From NCBI GenBank assembly GCA_023818695.1, contig JAMWCF010000001.1, positions 467,306 to 531,305 on the forward strand: a DNA stretch of 64,000 nt, in the 5' to 3' direction. The position numbers were made by a program, and so were the translations under genes. The notes below the pieces were generated by a model. The model was not told the DNA's origin. It ran no database searches and worked only from the letters and a program-made list of their open reading frames with translations. Shown here in pieces: positions 45,147 to 54,578 of this stretch (its first letter is position 1; each line of letters starts with the position of its first letter). The stretch is from Candidatus Omnitrophota bacterium (GTDB lineage: Bacteria > Omnitrophota > Gorgyraeia > 1-14-0-20-64-10).

Positions 45147-45865
45147 GAAGAGTCCTCCCGGATCAGACCAATCATCTCCCGAACCGCCTGGTGGATCCCC
45201 ACCCCGATAGCCCTGGCCACGATGGAGAAGCCGATGTTGAGCTCCTCGATCCCCTCGATCGCCGCCACCGCTCTAACATTATCATAATCTAGGCCGTGGC
45301 CCGCCGCCACGATCAGCCCGCGGGAGCGGGCTTCCCTCACCGACGATTTCAGCTGCTGGAGGCACCGGGTGCGCTCGGCGGCGGATCCGGCGTCGGCGTA
45401 GGAGCCAGTATGCAGTTCCACTATCGGCACCTCCATCTTCTGCGCCAGAGCAATCTGAACCGGATCCGGATCGATAAAAAGGGAGACCCGGATCCCGGCT
45501 TTCCTCATCCGCGCAACGGCCCGCTCGACGCGGGACCATTCCCTTTTTAAGTTCAGGCCCCCTTCGGTGGTCAGTTCCTGCCGGCGTTCAGGGACAAGGG
45601 TCGCCCGCTCCGGCTTCAGGCGACAGGCAATTCGGACGATATCCGGATGAGCCCCCATCTCCAGATTCAGGGGAATCGTGAGAACCTTCTTCGCGGCCCA
45701 CAGATCCCTCTCCTGGATGTGGCGGCGGTCCTCCCGCAGATGGCAGACGATGCTGTCGCAGCCGGCCTGCTGGGCCGCCGCCGCGGCCCACACCGGATCT
45801 GGCACTTTTCCGCCCCTGGCCTGTCTTATCGTCGCCACATGATCCACGTTTACGCCGAGCCGCAT
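45143..45865 (-). CDS. pdxJ: Pyridoxine 5'-phosphate synthase
   Basis: LGVNVDHVATIRQARG...HLREDRRHI. Confidence 0.93.
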   Translation of the reverse strand: MRLGVNVDHVATIRQARGGKVPDPVWAAAAAQQAGCDSIVCHLREDRRHIQERDLWAAKKVLTIPLNLEMGAHPDIVRIACRLKPERATLVPERRQELTTEGGLNLKREWSRVERAVARMRKAGIRVSLFIDPDPVQIALAQKMEVPIVELHTGSYADAGSAAERTRCLQQLKSSVREARSRGLIVAAGHGLDYDNVRAVAAIEGIEELNIGFSIVARAIGVGIHQAVREMIGLIREDSS

Positions 45866-45872
45866 GGGACCC

Positions 45873-46715
45873 TCACGAGAAGCGGACCGCGTCCGCCATC
45901 TTCACCACCTGGCTCATGACCGCCACATCATGCACTCGGACAATGTCGGCGCCCAAAGAGGCGCAGATGGTGACCGCCGCCGCTGTCCCGAAAAGCCGGT
46001 CCTGCACAGGAAGACCCAGAACCGACTGGATGAAAGATTTTCTGGAGGGACCCATAACGACCGGAAAACCCAATGCCTTGAAGCGGGGAATCTCTTTGAG
46101 CAGGCGCAGGTTGTCGCCGGGACGCTTCCCGAACCCGATGCCGGGATCAATGAGGATCTTCTGATCGCTGATGCCGGCTTCCCGCGCTTTCCGGACGGCT
46201 GTTTTGATCTCGGATAAGACCTCCGGGATCAGCCGCCGGTAGGCCGGCTTGACCTGCATGGTGCGGGGCGTGCCGCGCATGTGCATGAGGACGACCGGCA
46301 CACCGGCCTGCGCAACAACGGGTCCCATGTCGGGGTCCCGCAGCGCGGTCACGTCGTTGACCAGCGAGGCGCCGCTTTCAAGGGCGATCCGGGCTACGAC
46401 CGCTTTGGAGGTATCGATGGAGATCGGTATCTTCAACCGCTTTGAAAGCCGTTCGATCACCGGGATCACCCGGCGCAGCTCTTGTCGGACGGAAACCGGC
46501 TGCGCGCCGGGACGGGTGGACTCCCCTCCGATATCGACGATATCCGCTCCTTCCGCTTCCATCTGAAGGGCTTTGGCGACCGCTTTGGACGGGCTGGCAT
46601 AGCGACCGCCGTCGCTGAAGGAGTCCGGCGTCACGTTAAGGATCCCCATGAGGAGGGTTCTCTGACCAAGGGGCAAACGGAAACGTCCGCAGGAAAGGAA
46701 AGAAACCGACATCAA
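45873..46715 (-). CDS. folP: Dihydropteroate synthase
   Basis: MGILNVTPDSFSDGG...DIGGESTRPG. Confidence 0.93.
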   Translation of the reverse strand: MMSVSFLSCGRFRLPLGQRTLLMGILNVTPDSFSDGGRYASPSKAVAKALQMEAEGADIVDIGGESTRPGAQPVSVRQELRRVIPVIERLSKRLKIPISIDTSKAVVARIALESGASLVNDVTALRDPDMGPVVAQAGVPVVLMHMRGTPRTMQVKPAYRRLIPEVLSEIKTAVRKAREAGISDQKILIDPGIGFGKRPGDNLRLLKEIPRFKALGFPVVMGPSRKSFIQSVLGLPVQDRLFGTAAAVTICASLGADIVRVHDVAVMSQVVKMADAVRFS

Positions 46716-46748
46716 ACCCCCAACGTACTCAACAAAGGGCGACCAGGT

Positions 46749-48695
46749 TTATCCGGAAATGGATTCGGTCTCTCCGGCAGATTCTTGTTTTAACTCCGAG
46801 GGAGGCCCTTGCATCACGATCCGCTTCGCTTCGTCCCCGTCGATGACCTCTTTTTCCAAGAGAGTCTCTGCCAGCTTTTCGAGACGGTCTTTGTACTGGG
46901 CGACGATCGCCTTCGCCTGCTTGTGGGCATCCTCGACGATCCGGCGGATCTCCTGGTCGATCAGAACGGCGGTCTGGTCCGAGTAGTTCTTCTCCTCCAC
47001 GATGTCCCGCCCCAGGAAAACCATCCCTTCCCGCCGCCCGTAGGTCAAAGCCCCGAGACTGTCACTCATCCCGTAGCGGGTCACCATCTGGCGCGCCGTC
47101 TCCGTCGCCACCTCCAGGTCGTTCTGGGCGCCGGTGGTGATCTCGCTGAAAATCAGCTCCTCTGCCGCCCGTCCTCCCAGCATGACGGCCAGCTTCGCCA
47201 AAAGCTCCTTGCGGGTGGTGATGTACCGGTCCTCCAGCGGCATCTGCATCGTATAGCCCAGCGCCGCCGCCCCGCGGGGGATGATCGATATCTTGTGGAC
47301 AGGATCGGTCCCCGGTACCATGATCGACACCAGGGCGTGGCCGGCCTCGTGATACGCTACGATCTTCTTCTCATAAGGGGAGATCACGCGGGATTTCCGT
47401 TCCGGTCCGGCCATCACCCGCTCGATCGCCTCCTCCATCTCCTTCATGGTCACCGTCTCCTTGTCCCGGCGGGCGGCCAGCAGGGCCGCCTCGTTGGCCA
47501 GGTTGGCCAGATCCGCTCCGGAGAAACCGGGCGTCTGGCGAGCAATCGATTTCAGGTCGACGGCGGGATCCAGCTTGACCTTCCGGACATGGACCTTTAG
47601 GATCTCCTCCCGGCCGACCAGGTCCGGCCGGTCCACGACGATCTGACGGTCAAACCGGCCGGGCCGCAGAAGAGCCGGATCCAGAACGTCCGGCCGGTTG
47701 GTGGCAGCCAGAAGGATCACCCCCTCCTGGGTGTTGAAGCCATCCATCTCGACCAAAAGGGCGTTGAGGGTTTGCTCCCTTTCATCGTGGCCGCCGCCGA
47801 TGCCGGCAAACCGCTGGCGGCCGACCGCGTCAATCTCGTCAATGAAGATGATGCACCCCCGGGTGGAGGTCTTGGCCGACTTCTTCGCCTGTTCGAAGAG
47901 GTCCCGCACACGGGAAGCCCCCACGCCGACGAACATCTCCACGAAGTCGGAACCGCTGATCGAAAAGAATGGCACCCCCGCCTCCCCGGCCACCGCTTTG
48001 GCCAGCAAGGTTTTCCCGCAGCCAGGCGGACCCAGCAGGAGAACCCCTTTAGGGATCTTCCCTCCCAGCTTCTGGAATTTCTTCGGGTCCTTCAGGAATT
48101 CAATGACCTCCTGGAGCTCCTCCTTGGCCTCCCGGACCCCGGCCACATCCTCGAAAGTGACCTTCTTCCCCTCCTCCTCCGGCAAAACCTCCTTGGCCCG
48201 GCTCTTGCCGAAAGAGAGCAATCGTCCGCCCCCTCCCTGCGCTCCCCGGTAAAGGAGGAACCAGAAGGCGCCGAGGAACAGGAAAGGCCCTGCCAGGTTG
48301 AAAAGGAAATTCAACCAGAAGGACCCTTTGGCCGACTCCACACGGAAATCGGGAACTTTTTCCCTCAAGAGGCGGATCATGTCCGGGTCCTGCTGGGGTA
48401 TCACCACTTCAAAACGCTTGCGGTCGAACGTCTCGCCCCGGATCAGGTTGTCCATCAGAACGACGGTGCGGATCCTCTGGGCGGTGTCGTTGTTGGCAAC
48501 CCAGGAATAGAACTCGCTGTAGGAGATCTCCTGCGGGACCCCCTTCATGGTCAGGGCCCCGAACCAGTACATGTAGAAGAGAACAAAAAAGATCCCCCCA
48601 AACACAAACCACCGGAACATCCTCTGATTCGGTCTGTTCGGAGGAGTCGGCGGTGCGGACGGCAACGGCGTTTTTCCACCTTCAAGTGTCGGCAT
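46749..48695 (-). CDS. ftsH: ATP-dependent zinc metalloprotease FtsH
   Basis: GPPGCGKT Walker A, an AAA second-region-of-homology (SRH) motif, and HEAGHA zinc site. Confidence 0.97.
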   Translation of the reverse strand: MPTLEGGKTPLPSAPPTPPNRPNQRMFRWFVFGGIFFVLFYMYWFGALTMKGVPQEISYSEFYSWVANNDTAQRIRTVVLMDNLIRGETFDRKRFEVVIPQQDPDMIRLLREKVPDFRVESAKGSFWLNFLFNLAGPFLFLGAFWFLLYRGAQGGGGRLLSFGKSRAKEVLPEEEGKKVTFEDVAGVREAKEELQEVIEFLKDPKKFQKLGGKIPKGVLLLGPPGCGKTLLAKAVAGEAGVPFFSISGSDFVEMFVGVGASRVRDLFEQAKKSAKTSTRGCIIFIDEIDAVGRQRFAGIGGGHDEREQTLNALLVEMDGFNTQEGVILLAATNRPDVLDPALLRPGRFDRQIVVDRPDLVGREEILKVHVRKVKLDPAVDLKSIARQTPGFSGADLANLANEAALLAARRDKETVTMKEMEEAIERVMAGPERKSRVISPYEKKIVAYHEAGHALVSIMVPGTDPVHKISIIPRGAAALGYTMQMPLEDRYITTRKELLAKLAVMLGGRAAEELIFSEITTGAQNDLEVATETARQMVTRYGMSDSLGALTYGRREGMVFLGRDIVEEKNYSDQTAVLIDQEIRRIVEDAHKQAKAIVAQYKDRLEKLAETLLEKEVIDGDEAKRIVMQGPPSELKQESAGETESISG

Positions 48696-48752
48696 ACTTT
48701 TCCCTTTTTAAGACAATGATTGAGTCTACCAGATTCTGGGATTGAATTCAGC

Positions 48753-48766
48753 TTATTTCCGTCGAA
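48753..48766. repeat. Flanking direct repeat (target-site-duplication-like), left copy
   Basis: ttatttccgtcgaa here versus ttattcccgtcgaa at 61502-61515 (13 of 14 identical). It copies the last codons and stop of tilS. Confidence 0.6.
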
Positions 48767-49285
48767 GTGTCAAACCAAAATAGAAATGTCTGGTTTTAAT
48801 GCTTTGCTTTAAGGTTTGAAGCTCTGGAGAGTTAAGGGGCTGGGTTAGCTTCATCGTTACACGCACATCTTTTTTCGCCACGGATGATCTGCCGCCGGCT
48901 TGCGGGCCATCTGCGGGAAGAACCGGCTGATCGTCCAGATGAACGACTCCGGCTTAGCCTTGGGCTGAATCGGAATCGGCCGATAGGCCAGCTCCTTGCC
49001 CTCATGCAAAACACGCATCCGGCCCTGGGGACTGATCGTCACCGCCACCCCCTGCTTGGCCAAGGGACGTAGATCAGACGGCCACACCTGCCGCGTGCTC
49101 AACTCCACAAGCGGCTGCCTCAACCTGCGTCGTCTGCTTCTTTAAGACCGCTTCAAGAACTGGAAGCCTTCGAAGCTCCTTCTGGCTCATCGTGACAACG
49201 TCCTCGTTCATAATACCCTCCTGTCTTCCAACAAGAGGACATTTTTACTTTGGTAGAACCGGACATTCTCACTTTGGTATTACAC
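48767..49285 (-). mobile_element. Internally deleted IS derivative (ISNCY/rve-type transposase remnant), copy 1
   Basis: 48775-49285 is identical by eye to 60991-61501, and the track ORFs are identical at an offset of 12216. Imperfect terminal inverted repeats: gtgtcaaaccaaaatagaaatgtctgg versus the reverse complement of ccggacattctcactttggtattacac. Encodes only an HTH N-terminus (MSQKELRRLPVLEAVLKKQTTQVEAA), a frameshift, then a C-terminal tail (...VLHEGKELAYRPI...ADHPWRKK). Confidence 0.8.
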
Positions 49286-49315
49286 AACTTCCAGAACTTC
49301 TGTTCTGTCGGTGGC

Positions 49316-51109
49316 TTATCGGTTCTGTGGGCCGGGGAGGATGCTGAGGAGATAATCCTGGCTGGCGGGCTTAACGAGGAAGCCGTCGGCCCCCATCTCC
49401 TTGGCTTTCTCGCGGTACTCGGGAAAATCGCAGGCGGTGATCAGGAAGACGGGCCTCTCGGGGAAGATTCTCTTTGCCTCCTGAAGAATACCGAAGCCAT
49501 CCGGGGAAACCCCTGTGGATCCGTCGCCCCTGAGGAGGATTTCCGAAAGGATGACATCGGGCTGATGCTCCTTGAGAAGCGCCAACGCTTGCGGCCCGCT
49601 GGTGGCCGTCCAACACGTGATGCCTCGCGCCTCGAAGATGAGGCGTACGGTTTCCAGGGTTTCTTTCTCGGAGTCTACGATCAGGATGCTGGCCGCCGAG
49701 GGGGCTTTCCTTGCTGGCCTGGGAAGTTCATCGGAAATCACCGATGGCCTCGCCGCCTGTGGGGAGGCCGGAAGGTCCGACTGCCGCAGCGGGAACGTGA
49801 GGGTCACGGTGGTGCCAGCCCCCACCTGGCTCTCCACCTGGATCGCCGCATTGTGGGCCCTCAGGATGTTCTGGACGATGGCCAACCCCAGGCCGGAACC
49901 TTTTTCCTTCGTGGTGTAGAACGGGGCGAAGATGAGCGGGATCTGGTTCTCCGGGATGCCGGATCCGGTGTCGCGGACCTTGACGACCAAGGCCTTCTCG
50001 TTGGGGAAGGCAACGATGTCCAGGAGGCCCGGTTTCTCGCCAGGGGGTGACATCGCCTCGATGGCGTTGTTGAACAAGTTCAGGAACACCTGCTTCATCT
50101 GATCCCGGTCTGCCTCGACGGTAACACCGTTGGGGCTGTAGCCCTTTCGCACCTCGATGTGGCTGCGGTCCAGATCGTTCTCCAGCAGGGCCAGCACGCT
50201 GTCGATCGTTCCGCTGATCTCGATCGGCTTGAAGTCCGGCGCCTTGGGTCTGGAATACACCATGAGCTGCCGGACCAGGTCGTTGATCCGCTCCGCCTCC
50301 GCCTGGGCAAGCTTGGCGAAGCGGTTGCGGAAATCCGGGTCATCGTATTTCTCCGGCAGCATCTCGAAGAAGCCAAGGATCGCCTGCAGGGGATTCTTGA
50401 TCTCATGGGCCATGTCGGCGGCGAACTTGCCGATCGTTCCCATCCGCTCGGAGTGGAGCAGCTGATCGCGGGTGTCGCGCAGTTCCTCGTAGGCCTGGGC
50501 GTTCTCGATCGCCCAGGCCGCCTGGGAAGCCAGCGCGGAGAAGATGGCCAGGTCGTCCTGATCGTACAGGTCGCCGGTGAGTTTCTCACCGAGGACGAGG
50601 AAACCCTGCAGCTTGCCCTCCCTGAAACTGGGAACGCAGACGGCGGCCTGCAAGCGTTCCATCTCCCAGAGTGCGCGTTTGAGCGCGGGGATTTCCTTGT
50701 GCTCCTTGCTCCTGGGTCGTCGCTTGGGCTCCGCTGGGTGTTCCTCCTTCAGCTCGTTATAGACGAGCGGTTCCTTGCACTGGGTGAGGAGAGTAACCAG
50801 AGCCGACGACTCCTCGATGCAGAGTTCGCCAACCGGCTTGCGGAATTTGCCGTGGGAGGTGGCGACAGTGAAGCCGGGTTCAGTCTTGTTTCTGAGGAAA
50901 ATCGTGACGTGGGCGGCCCGCGTATTGCTGGCGGTCACCCGGGCGATGAGGTTGAGCAGCCGCGGCAGGTTCCGGATCCGGGTCATCCCGAGGCTAGCGG
51001 CTCTCAAGATTTCCTGGTAGCGCCGCCGCTGCCGGGAGAGTAACCGGTGCCGCAGCCGCCGGCGGAACCGGCGGAGCCGTTGAGTCAGACTGGCCAGAGG
51101 ATGGGGCAC
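49316..51109 (-). CDS. Hybrid sensor histidine kinase: GAF-HisKA-HATPase_c plus a C-terminal receiver-like domain
   Basis: H-box FAADMAHEIKNPL, N-box LFNNAIEAM, G-boxes VRDTGSGIP and GSGLGLAIV. The C-terminal REC-like domain has DVILSEILL where LLD is expected. Confidence 0.9.
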   Translation of the reverse strand: MPHPLASLTQRLRRFRRRLRHRLLSRQRRRYQEILRAASLGMTRIRNLPRLLNLIARVTASNTRAAHVTIFLRNKTEPGFTVATSHGKFRKPVGELCIEESSALVTLLTQCKEPLVYNELKEEHPAEPKRRPRSKEHKEIPALKRALWEMERLQAAVCVPSFREGKLQGFLVLGEKLTGDLYDQDDLAIFSALASQAAWAIENAQAYEELRDTRDQLLHSERMGTIGKFAADMAHEIKNPLQAILGFFEMLPEKYDDPDFRNRFAKLAQAEAERINDLVRQLMVYSRPKAPDFKPIEISGTIDSVLALLENDLDRSHIEVRKGYSPNGVTVEADRDQMKQVFLNLFNNAIEAMSPPGEKPGLLDIVAFPNEKALVVKVRDTGSGIPENQIPLIFAPFYTTKEKGSGLGLAIVQNILRAHNAAIQVESQVGAGTTVTLTFPLRQSDLPASPQAARPSVISDELPRPARKAPSAASILIVDSEKETLETVRLIFEARGITCWTATSGPQALALLKEHQPDVILSEILLRGDGSTGVSPDGFGILQEAKRIFPERPVFLITACDFPEYREKAKEMGADGFLVKPASQDYLLSILPGPQNR

Positions 51110-51123
51110 GGCTCCCTCCGGGT

Positions 51124-51495
51124 TCAGGCCTTTCCGGAATCAAGGAGGGCCCGGACCTGGGTCAGGATCTTCTGCTGCCGAAACGGCTTGGTGATGTAGT
51201 CGTCGGCCCCGAGGTTGATCGCCTCGGTGGCCACGTCGGTGGCCTCGTAGCCGGTGATGATGACGACCCGGACGCCGGGCTTGAGCTCCTTGATCCTGCG
51301 CAGCGCCTCCAGTCCGTTCATCTTCGGCATCTTGATGTCCATGATCGCTATGGCGGGGTCGTTGGCCCTGACGTGCTCGACCGCCTCCTCGCCGTTGGCC
51401 GCGAAGGAGAGCTCGTACTCGCCGCCCAGCATGTGCTTCAGGGTTTCCCGGACTCCCTCCTCGTCGTCGCAGATCAGGATGTTCGCCTTCTTCAT
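51124..51495 (-). CDS. Single-domain response regulator (CheY-like, canonical residues)
   Basis: ILICDDEE, AIMDIKMPKMNG, VIITG and ITKP. Confidence 0.9.
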   Translation of the reverse strand: MKKANILICDDEEGVRETLKHMLGGEYELSFAANGEEAVEHVRANDPAIAIMDIKMPKMNGLEALRRIKELKPGVRVVIITGYEATDVATEAINLGADDYITKPFRQQKILTQVRALLDSGKA

Positions 51496-51509
51496 CGTTC
51501 CCTCCGTCG

Positions 51510-52064
51510 TTAGAGCACAACCGGATTGGTGACGGAGATGAGCTTCGCCACGTGCCGGTTGGCGTTCGAGAGATGGTGGGGCATTGAGGCGTCCAGGTAC
51601 AGAGTGCTGCCCTGGGAGATCCGGTAGCTCTCCTCACCCACCCTCACGTCCACATCGCCCTCCAAACCGAAGAGCCACCGCTCGGTCCCCCTGGGGTATT
51701 GCTCCCTCGCCGTCTTTCCGCCGGGCTGGAGGACAATCATCTGCGGCAGCATGTGCTTCCTGGACACCTGGGTGGTCAGAAGGATCGCAGAGGCCTTCTC
51801 GTCGTAGGTGTAGGTCTGCGCCCCTTGGGCCTTGGATTCCAGATACGCCGCTCCCTGGGGTGGCGCCTCCAGGCCCCGGTACAGCTCCGCCACACTGACC
51901 TTCAGGGCTTCTGCGATCTTCTCGATCGTCCTGGCGTTCCCTCCGCCCTTCCCGTTCTCGATGCGGCTCAAGGAGCCGACAGCGACGCCGCTTCGCCTGG
52001 CCAGCTCCCCTATGGCAAGACCCTGCTCCTTCCTGAGTGCCCGGATGCGGGCTCCGAGATCCAT
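51510..52064 (-). CDS. XRE-family HTH transcriptional regulator with C-terminal cupin domain
   Basis: IRALRKEQGLAIGELARRSGVAVGSLSRIENG HTH, with a cupin-like C-terminus (LYLDASMPHHLSN). Confidence 0.85.
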   Translation of the reverse strand: MDLGARIRALRKEQGLAIGELARRSGVAVGSLSRIENGKGGGNARTIEKIAEALKVSVAELYRGLEAPPQGAAYLESKAQGAQTYTYDEKASAILLTTQVSRKHMLPQMIVLQPGGKTAREQYPRGTERWLFGLEGDVDVRVGEESYRISQGSTLYLDASMPHHLSNANRHVAKLISVTNPVVL

Positions 52065-52174
52065 GTTTCACCCCCTTCCGCTCATCCTGAATCGTACTAC
52101 AAAAACGCGAACTTTTCAAAGTGAATCGTCCTCTTTATGAATCATACGCCACTGTCCTGAAGCGTTATATTTAC

Positions 52175-52201
52175 ACAAGTATATATAAATAAATATCTTG
52201 T
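52175..52201. promoter_or_regulatory. Inverted repeat ACAAG-N17-CTTGT in an AT-rich divergent control region (candidate operator)
   Basis: acaagtatatataaataaatatcttgt lies about 110 nt upstream of the XRE-cupin gene. It overlaps a minus-strand TTTATA-N17-TATACT promoter-like pair. Confidence 0.35.
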
Positions 52202-52250
52202 ATAAAATATTCTGTGCCGGAACCATTCAAACAAATATGTGAAATTAATA

Positions 52251-52280
52251 TTGACAAATATTTGAACTATGTGGCATACT
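52251..52280 (+). promoter_or_regulatory. Sigma70-type promoter candidate for the only plus-strand island genes
   Basis: TTGACA, an 18-nt spacer, then CATACT. Confidence 0.4.
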
Positions 52281-52310
52281 CCCCAGTGAGAACATGAAAG
52301 GGACTCCCCG

Positions 52311-52472
52311 ATGTTCAGACGGTGGTACCTCTACTGGCGATGGCTACGGATCAAACGGGTGAAGGTGGGCAGAGCCATTGAGGTGGAACTACCCAGATTC
52401 TCCCGGATGAGCGAATACGCCGCCGGCGACAACTTCCCGGTTCTGTCCAGAACGCTGGTCAGGGCCGAGTAA
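52311..52472 (+). CDS. Possible small ORF (53 aa, Trp/Arg-rich N-terminus)
   Basis: Hand translation gives MFRRWYLYWRWLRIKRVKVGRAIEVELPRFSRMSEYAAGDNFPVLSRTLVRAE. Third codon positions are mostly G/C. No family recognised and no clear SD. Confidence 0.25.
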   Translation: MFRRWYLYWRWLRIKRVKVGRAIEVELPRFSRMSEYAAGDNFPVLSRTLVRAE

Positions 52473-52622
52473 GATTCCGATCAGGGCAAACCCGACGTAA
52501 GAAGCGGGGGCGCAAAGCCGAGGTTCCGCCTCAAACCAGGGGCGGGAGGCCGGGCTGCCGGAATCCATGTGATTCAGGCAGCCCAGCTTTGTCTTCTTCA
52601 TGGGAGGGAGGTGAGAGTCCGT

Positions 52623-52979
52623 ATGGATCGTCAAATGATGGTGAACCTGATCCGAAACGAGGTGGTCGAGAACCCCAAAGGCAAGACCCGGTTCTGGCTC
52701 GTCCGCTGTTTCGAGATCACCGTGCGCCCCGATCGCGTGGTGGAGCTGGATGAGTATGAGGCGTACGAGGTGTGCGAGGGGAAGAACGGCATCGAGGCCT
52801 GCAGCGACCCCTGCGCTGACCTCCGGAGTCTGGCCGGCATGTTCCACGTCGGCCGCAGCGTGATCCACCTGAACGACGGGCGGGTCATCGAGGAGCCATC
52901 CGGCAGAGGCCTGATCAGCGCCAACGGCAGCCGGCCTGAAGTAAAGCAGCAATCTCGGCCGGCCCCAGTTACCGTTTGA
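52623..52979 (+). CDS. Hypothetical protein (118 aa)
   Basis: Strong SD (GGGAGGGAGGTGAGAG) ending 6 nt before the ATG at 52623. Third positions are strongly G/C in this frame, whereas the overlapping minus-strand ORFs look like antisense artefacts. Confidence 0.65.
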   Translation: MDRQMMVNLIRNEVVENPKGKTRFWLVRCFEITVRPDRVVELDEYEAYEVCEGKNGIEACSDPCADLRSLAGMFHVGRSVIHLNDGRVIEEPSGRGLISANGSRPEVKQQSRPAPVTV

Positions 52980-53790
52980 CCAGGTCGTGCTCCAGGGCCG
53001 TTTGGCGAACCAGCGCCATGAAGGCCTGCAGGTCGCCGTCCTTCCACAGGTTGCCCTGCCATTTCTTGGCCGGCAGCAGGTTCAGCAGCCGATCCTCCTC
53101 AGCGTTGGGGTGCATGTAGAGGATGTAGTCCTTCGGCTGACTCGGGCAGTCCAGCAGTTTGCGGATCGCTTCGCCCGGCTCGTTGACCGTCATGGCGTCC
53201 AGCAGGACGATGTCCGGCTGAAGGGCGGTCATGGCCATGACCGCTTGTTCCACATTCGCGGCGTGTTCCACCTTGTAGACCCCTTTGGCCTGGCTGGCGT
53301 CGCCAAGGTGTCTGAGCAGAATGCTGGCGACCGACTCGAACGGCTCGATGAGCAACAGTAGCGCCAGCGGCTCGCCAGGGGAGGCATCCTGAAGTTTCAT
53401 GCCCATCGTTATCTTCTTCAGTTCATCCTCGTCCTTGCGCGTTAGCAGGCGGTCGGCGAATTCGATCAGCTTGTCGGTGGCAAACGGTTTGGTGAAGAAG
53501 GCGTCGCAGCCCAGGGCCCGTACGGCCCGCTCACGCTCCGGGTAGGCGGTCAGCACGATCACCTTAACCTGAGGGGCTTTGGTTTTCACCCGCTTGAGCA
53601 CCTCTTCGCCCGGCAGGCCCGGCATGTGGAGGTCCAGAATCATGAGGTCGGCCGGCTGCCTCGCCAGGATCGCCAGCGCCTCATCCCCCGAGGCCGCGCG
53701 CTGCACCTGGTAGCCCTTCTCCAGGAAAAACTGGGAGAGCACCGAGGTCAGCCGATCCTCGTCGTCCACCAGCAGAATCCGGAACTCCAT
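52969..53790 (-). CDS. Response regulator: canonical REC plus a second degenerate REC-like domain plus a conserved C-terminal helix (paralog 1, intact)
   Basis: ILLVDDED, LMILDLHMPG, VLTA and FTKP. The second half has LLLIEP...DIVLLDAM. The C-terminus is WQGNLWKDGDLQAFMALVRQTALEHDLVKR. Confidence 0.85.
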   Translation of the reverse strand: MEFRILLVDDEDRLTSVLSQFFLEKGYQVQRAASGDEALAILARQPADLMILDLHMPGLPGEEVLKRVKTKAPQVKVIVLTAYPERERAVRALGCDAFFTKPFATDKLIEFADRLLTRKDEDELKKITMGMKLQDASPGEPLALLLLIEPFESVASILLRHLGDASQAKGVYKVEHAANVEQAVMAMTALQPDIVLLDAMTVNEPGEAIRKLLDCPSQPKDYILYMHPNAEEDRLLNLLPAKKWQGNLWKDGDLQAFMALVRQTALEHDLVKR

Positions 53791-53803
53791 CGCGTCGCCC
53801 CCT

Positions 53804-54178
53804 CTACGCCTTCGGCCCGCCGAGCTTCTTCATGAATTCCAGGAGCTTCTCGGGCGGGATCGGTTTGATGGGATAGTCGTCCGCTCCCAATTGCTTGGCC
53901 TTGGCCTGCTTCTCCTCATCAGGGAAGCCGGTGATCATGACGACGTGGGCGACGGGGTGGAGCCTCTTGGCCTCCCGGAGGATGCCGAAACCGTCCATGG
54001 GGCTGTTGTTCAGCTGGACGTCCAGCAGCACGAGGTCCGGCTTGTGTTCCGCGACGATCTTCAGAGCCGCGGTGCTCTCGCCGGCCGTCCAGCAGGTGGC
54101 CCCGTTCATCTCGAAGAGCATCTTCACGACGGTGTCGGCCGCGACCTCCTCGTCGTCAACGACCAGTACGCTCGACAT
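53804..54178 (-). CDS. Single-domain response regulator (CheY-like, canonical residues)
   Basis: VLVVDDEE, LVLLDVQL, MITG and IKP. Confidence 0.9.
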   Translation of the reverse strand: MSSVLVVDDEEVAADTVVKMLFEMNGATCWTAGESTAALKIVAEHKPDLVLLDVQLNNSPMDGFGILREAKRLHPVAHVVMITGFPDEEKQAKAKQLGADDYPIKPIPPEKLLEFMKKLGGPKA

Positions 54179-54497
54179 TCGTCATCCTCTGCTCCAAGTA
54201 TCGCAGCAGATCCGCCACCGTCAACAGTTTTTCCGCCTCCTCGTCCGTGATCTCGATACCGAACTGCTCCTCCACCGCCATCACGAGCTCGACGGCGTCC
54301 AGCGAGTCGATACCCAGGTCCTTCACGAAGTCGGCCTGCGGCGTGATGCCGTTGGGATAGACGCCCAGCTGCTTGGTCAGGATGTCATGCACCTTGGGCC
54401 ACAGGCTCGCACGGAAAACGACGGGCGGCTCCGGGACCTTATGCCAGGGCAGCCGCTGGGAGATCCACTGGCCCATCAGCTTAAGTCGCGTCCCCAT
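54156..54497 (-). CDS. Acyl carrier protein-like protein with ~30-aa N-terminal extension
   Basis: DFVKDLGIDSLDAVELVMAVEEQFGIEITDEEA carries the DSL phosphopantetheine-attachment motif. Confidence 0.8.
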   Translation of the reverse strand: MGTRLKLMGQWISQRLPWHKVPEPPVVFRASLWPKVHDILTKQLGVYPNGITPQADFVKDLGIDSLDAVELVMAVEEQFGIEITDEEAEKLLTVADLLRYLEQRMTNVERTGR

Positions 54498-54578
54498 GGG
54501 TTCTCACTGCACCACCAGGCGATGCTCCAGCGCCGTCCTGCCGATGAGCTGTACCAGCGTCCCCAAGGACTCCTCAGT

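Noticed and set aside
48832-49123. The 60-, 62- and 88-aa ORFs inside each repeat taken as independent genes
   Set aside because: They are overlapping frames of one degraded transposase remnant. The N-terminal HTH piece and the C-terminal piece lie in different frames and the catalytic core is missing.
52389-53062. Minus-strand ORFs of 187 aa and 143 aa overlapping the 118-aa plus-strand gene
   Set aside because: Their translations are Ala/His/Pro/Gly-rich and antisense-like. The plus-strand frame has strong G/C third-position bias and a strong SD.
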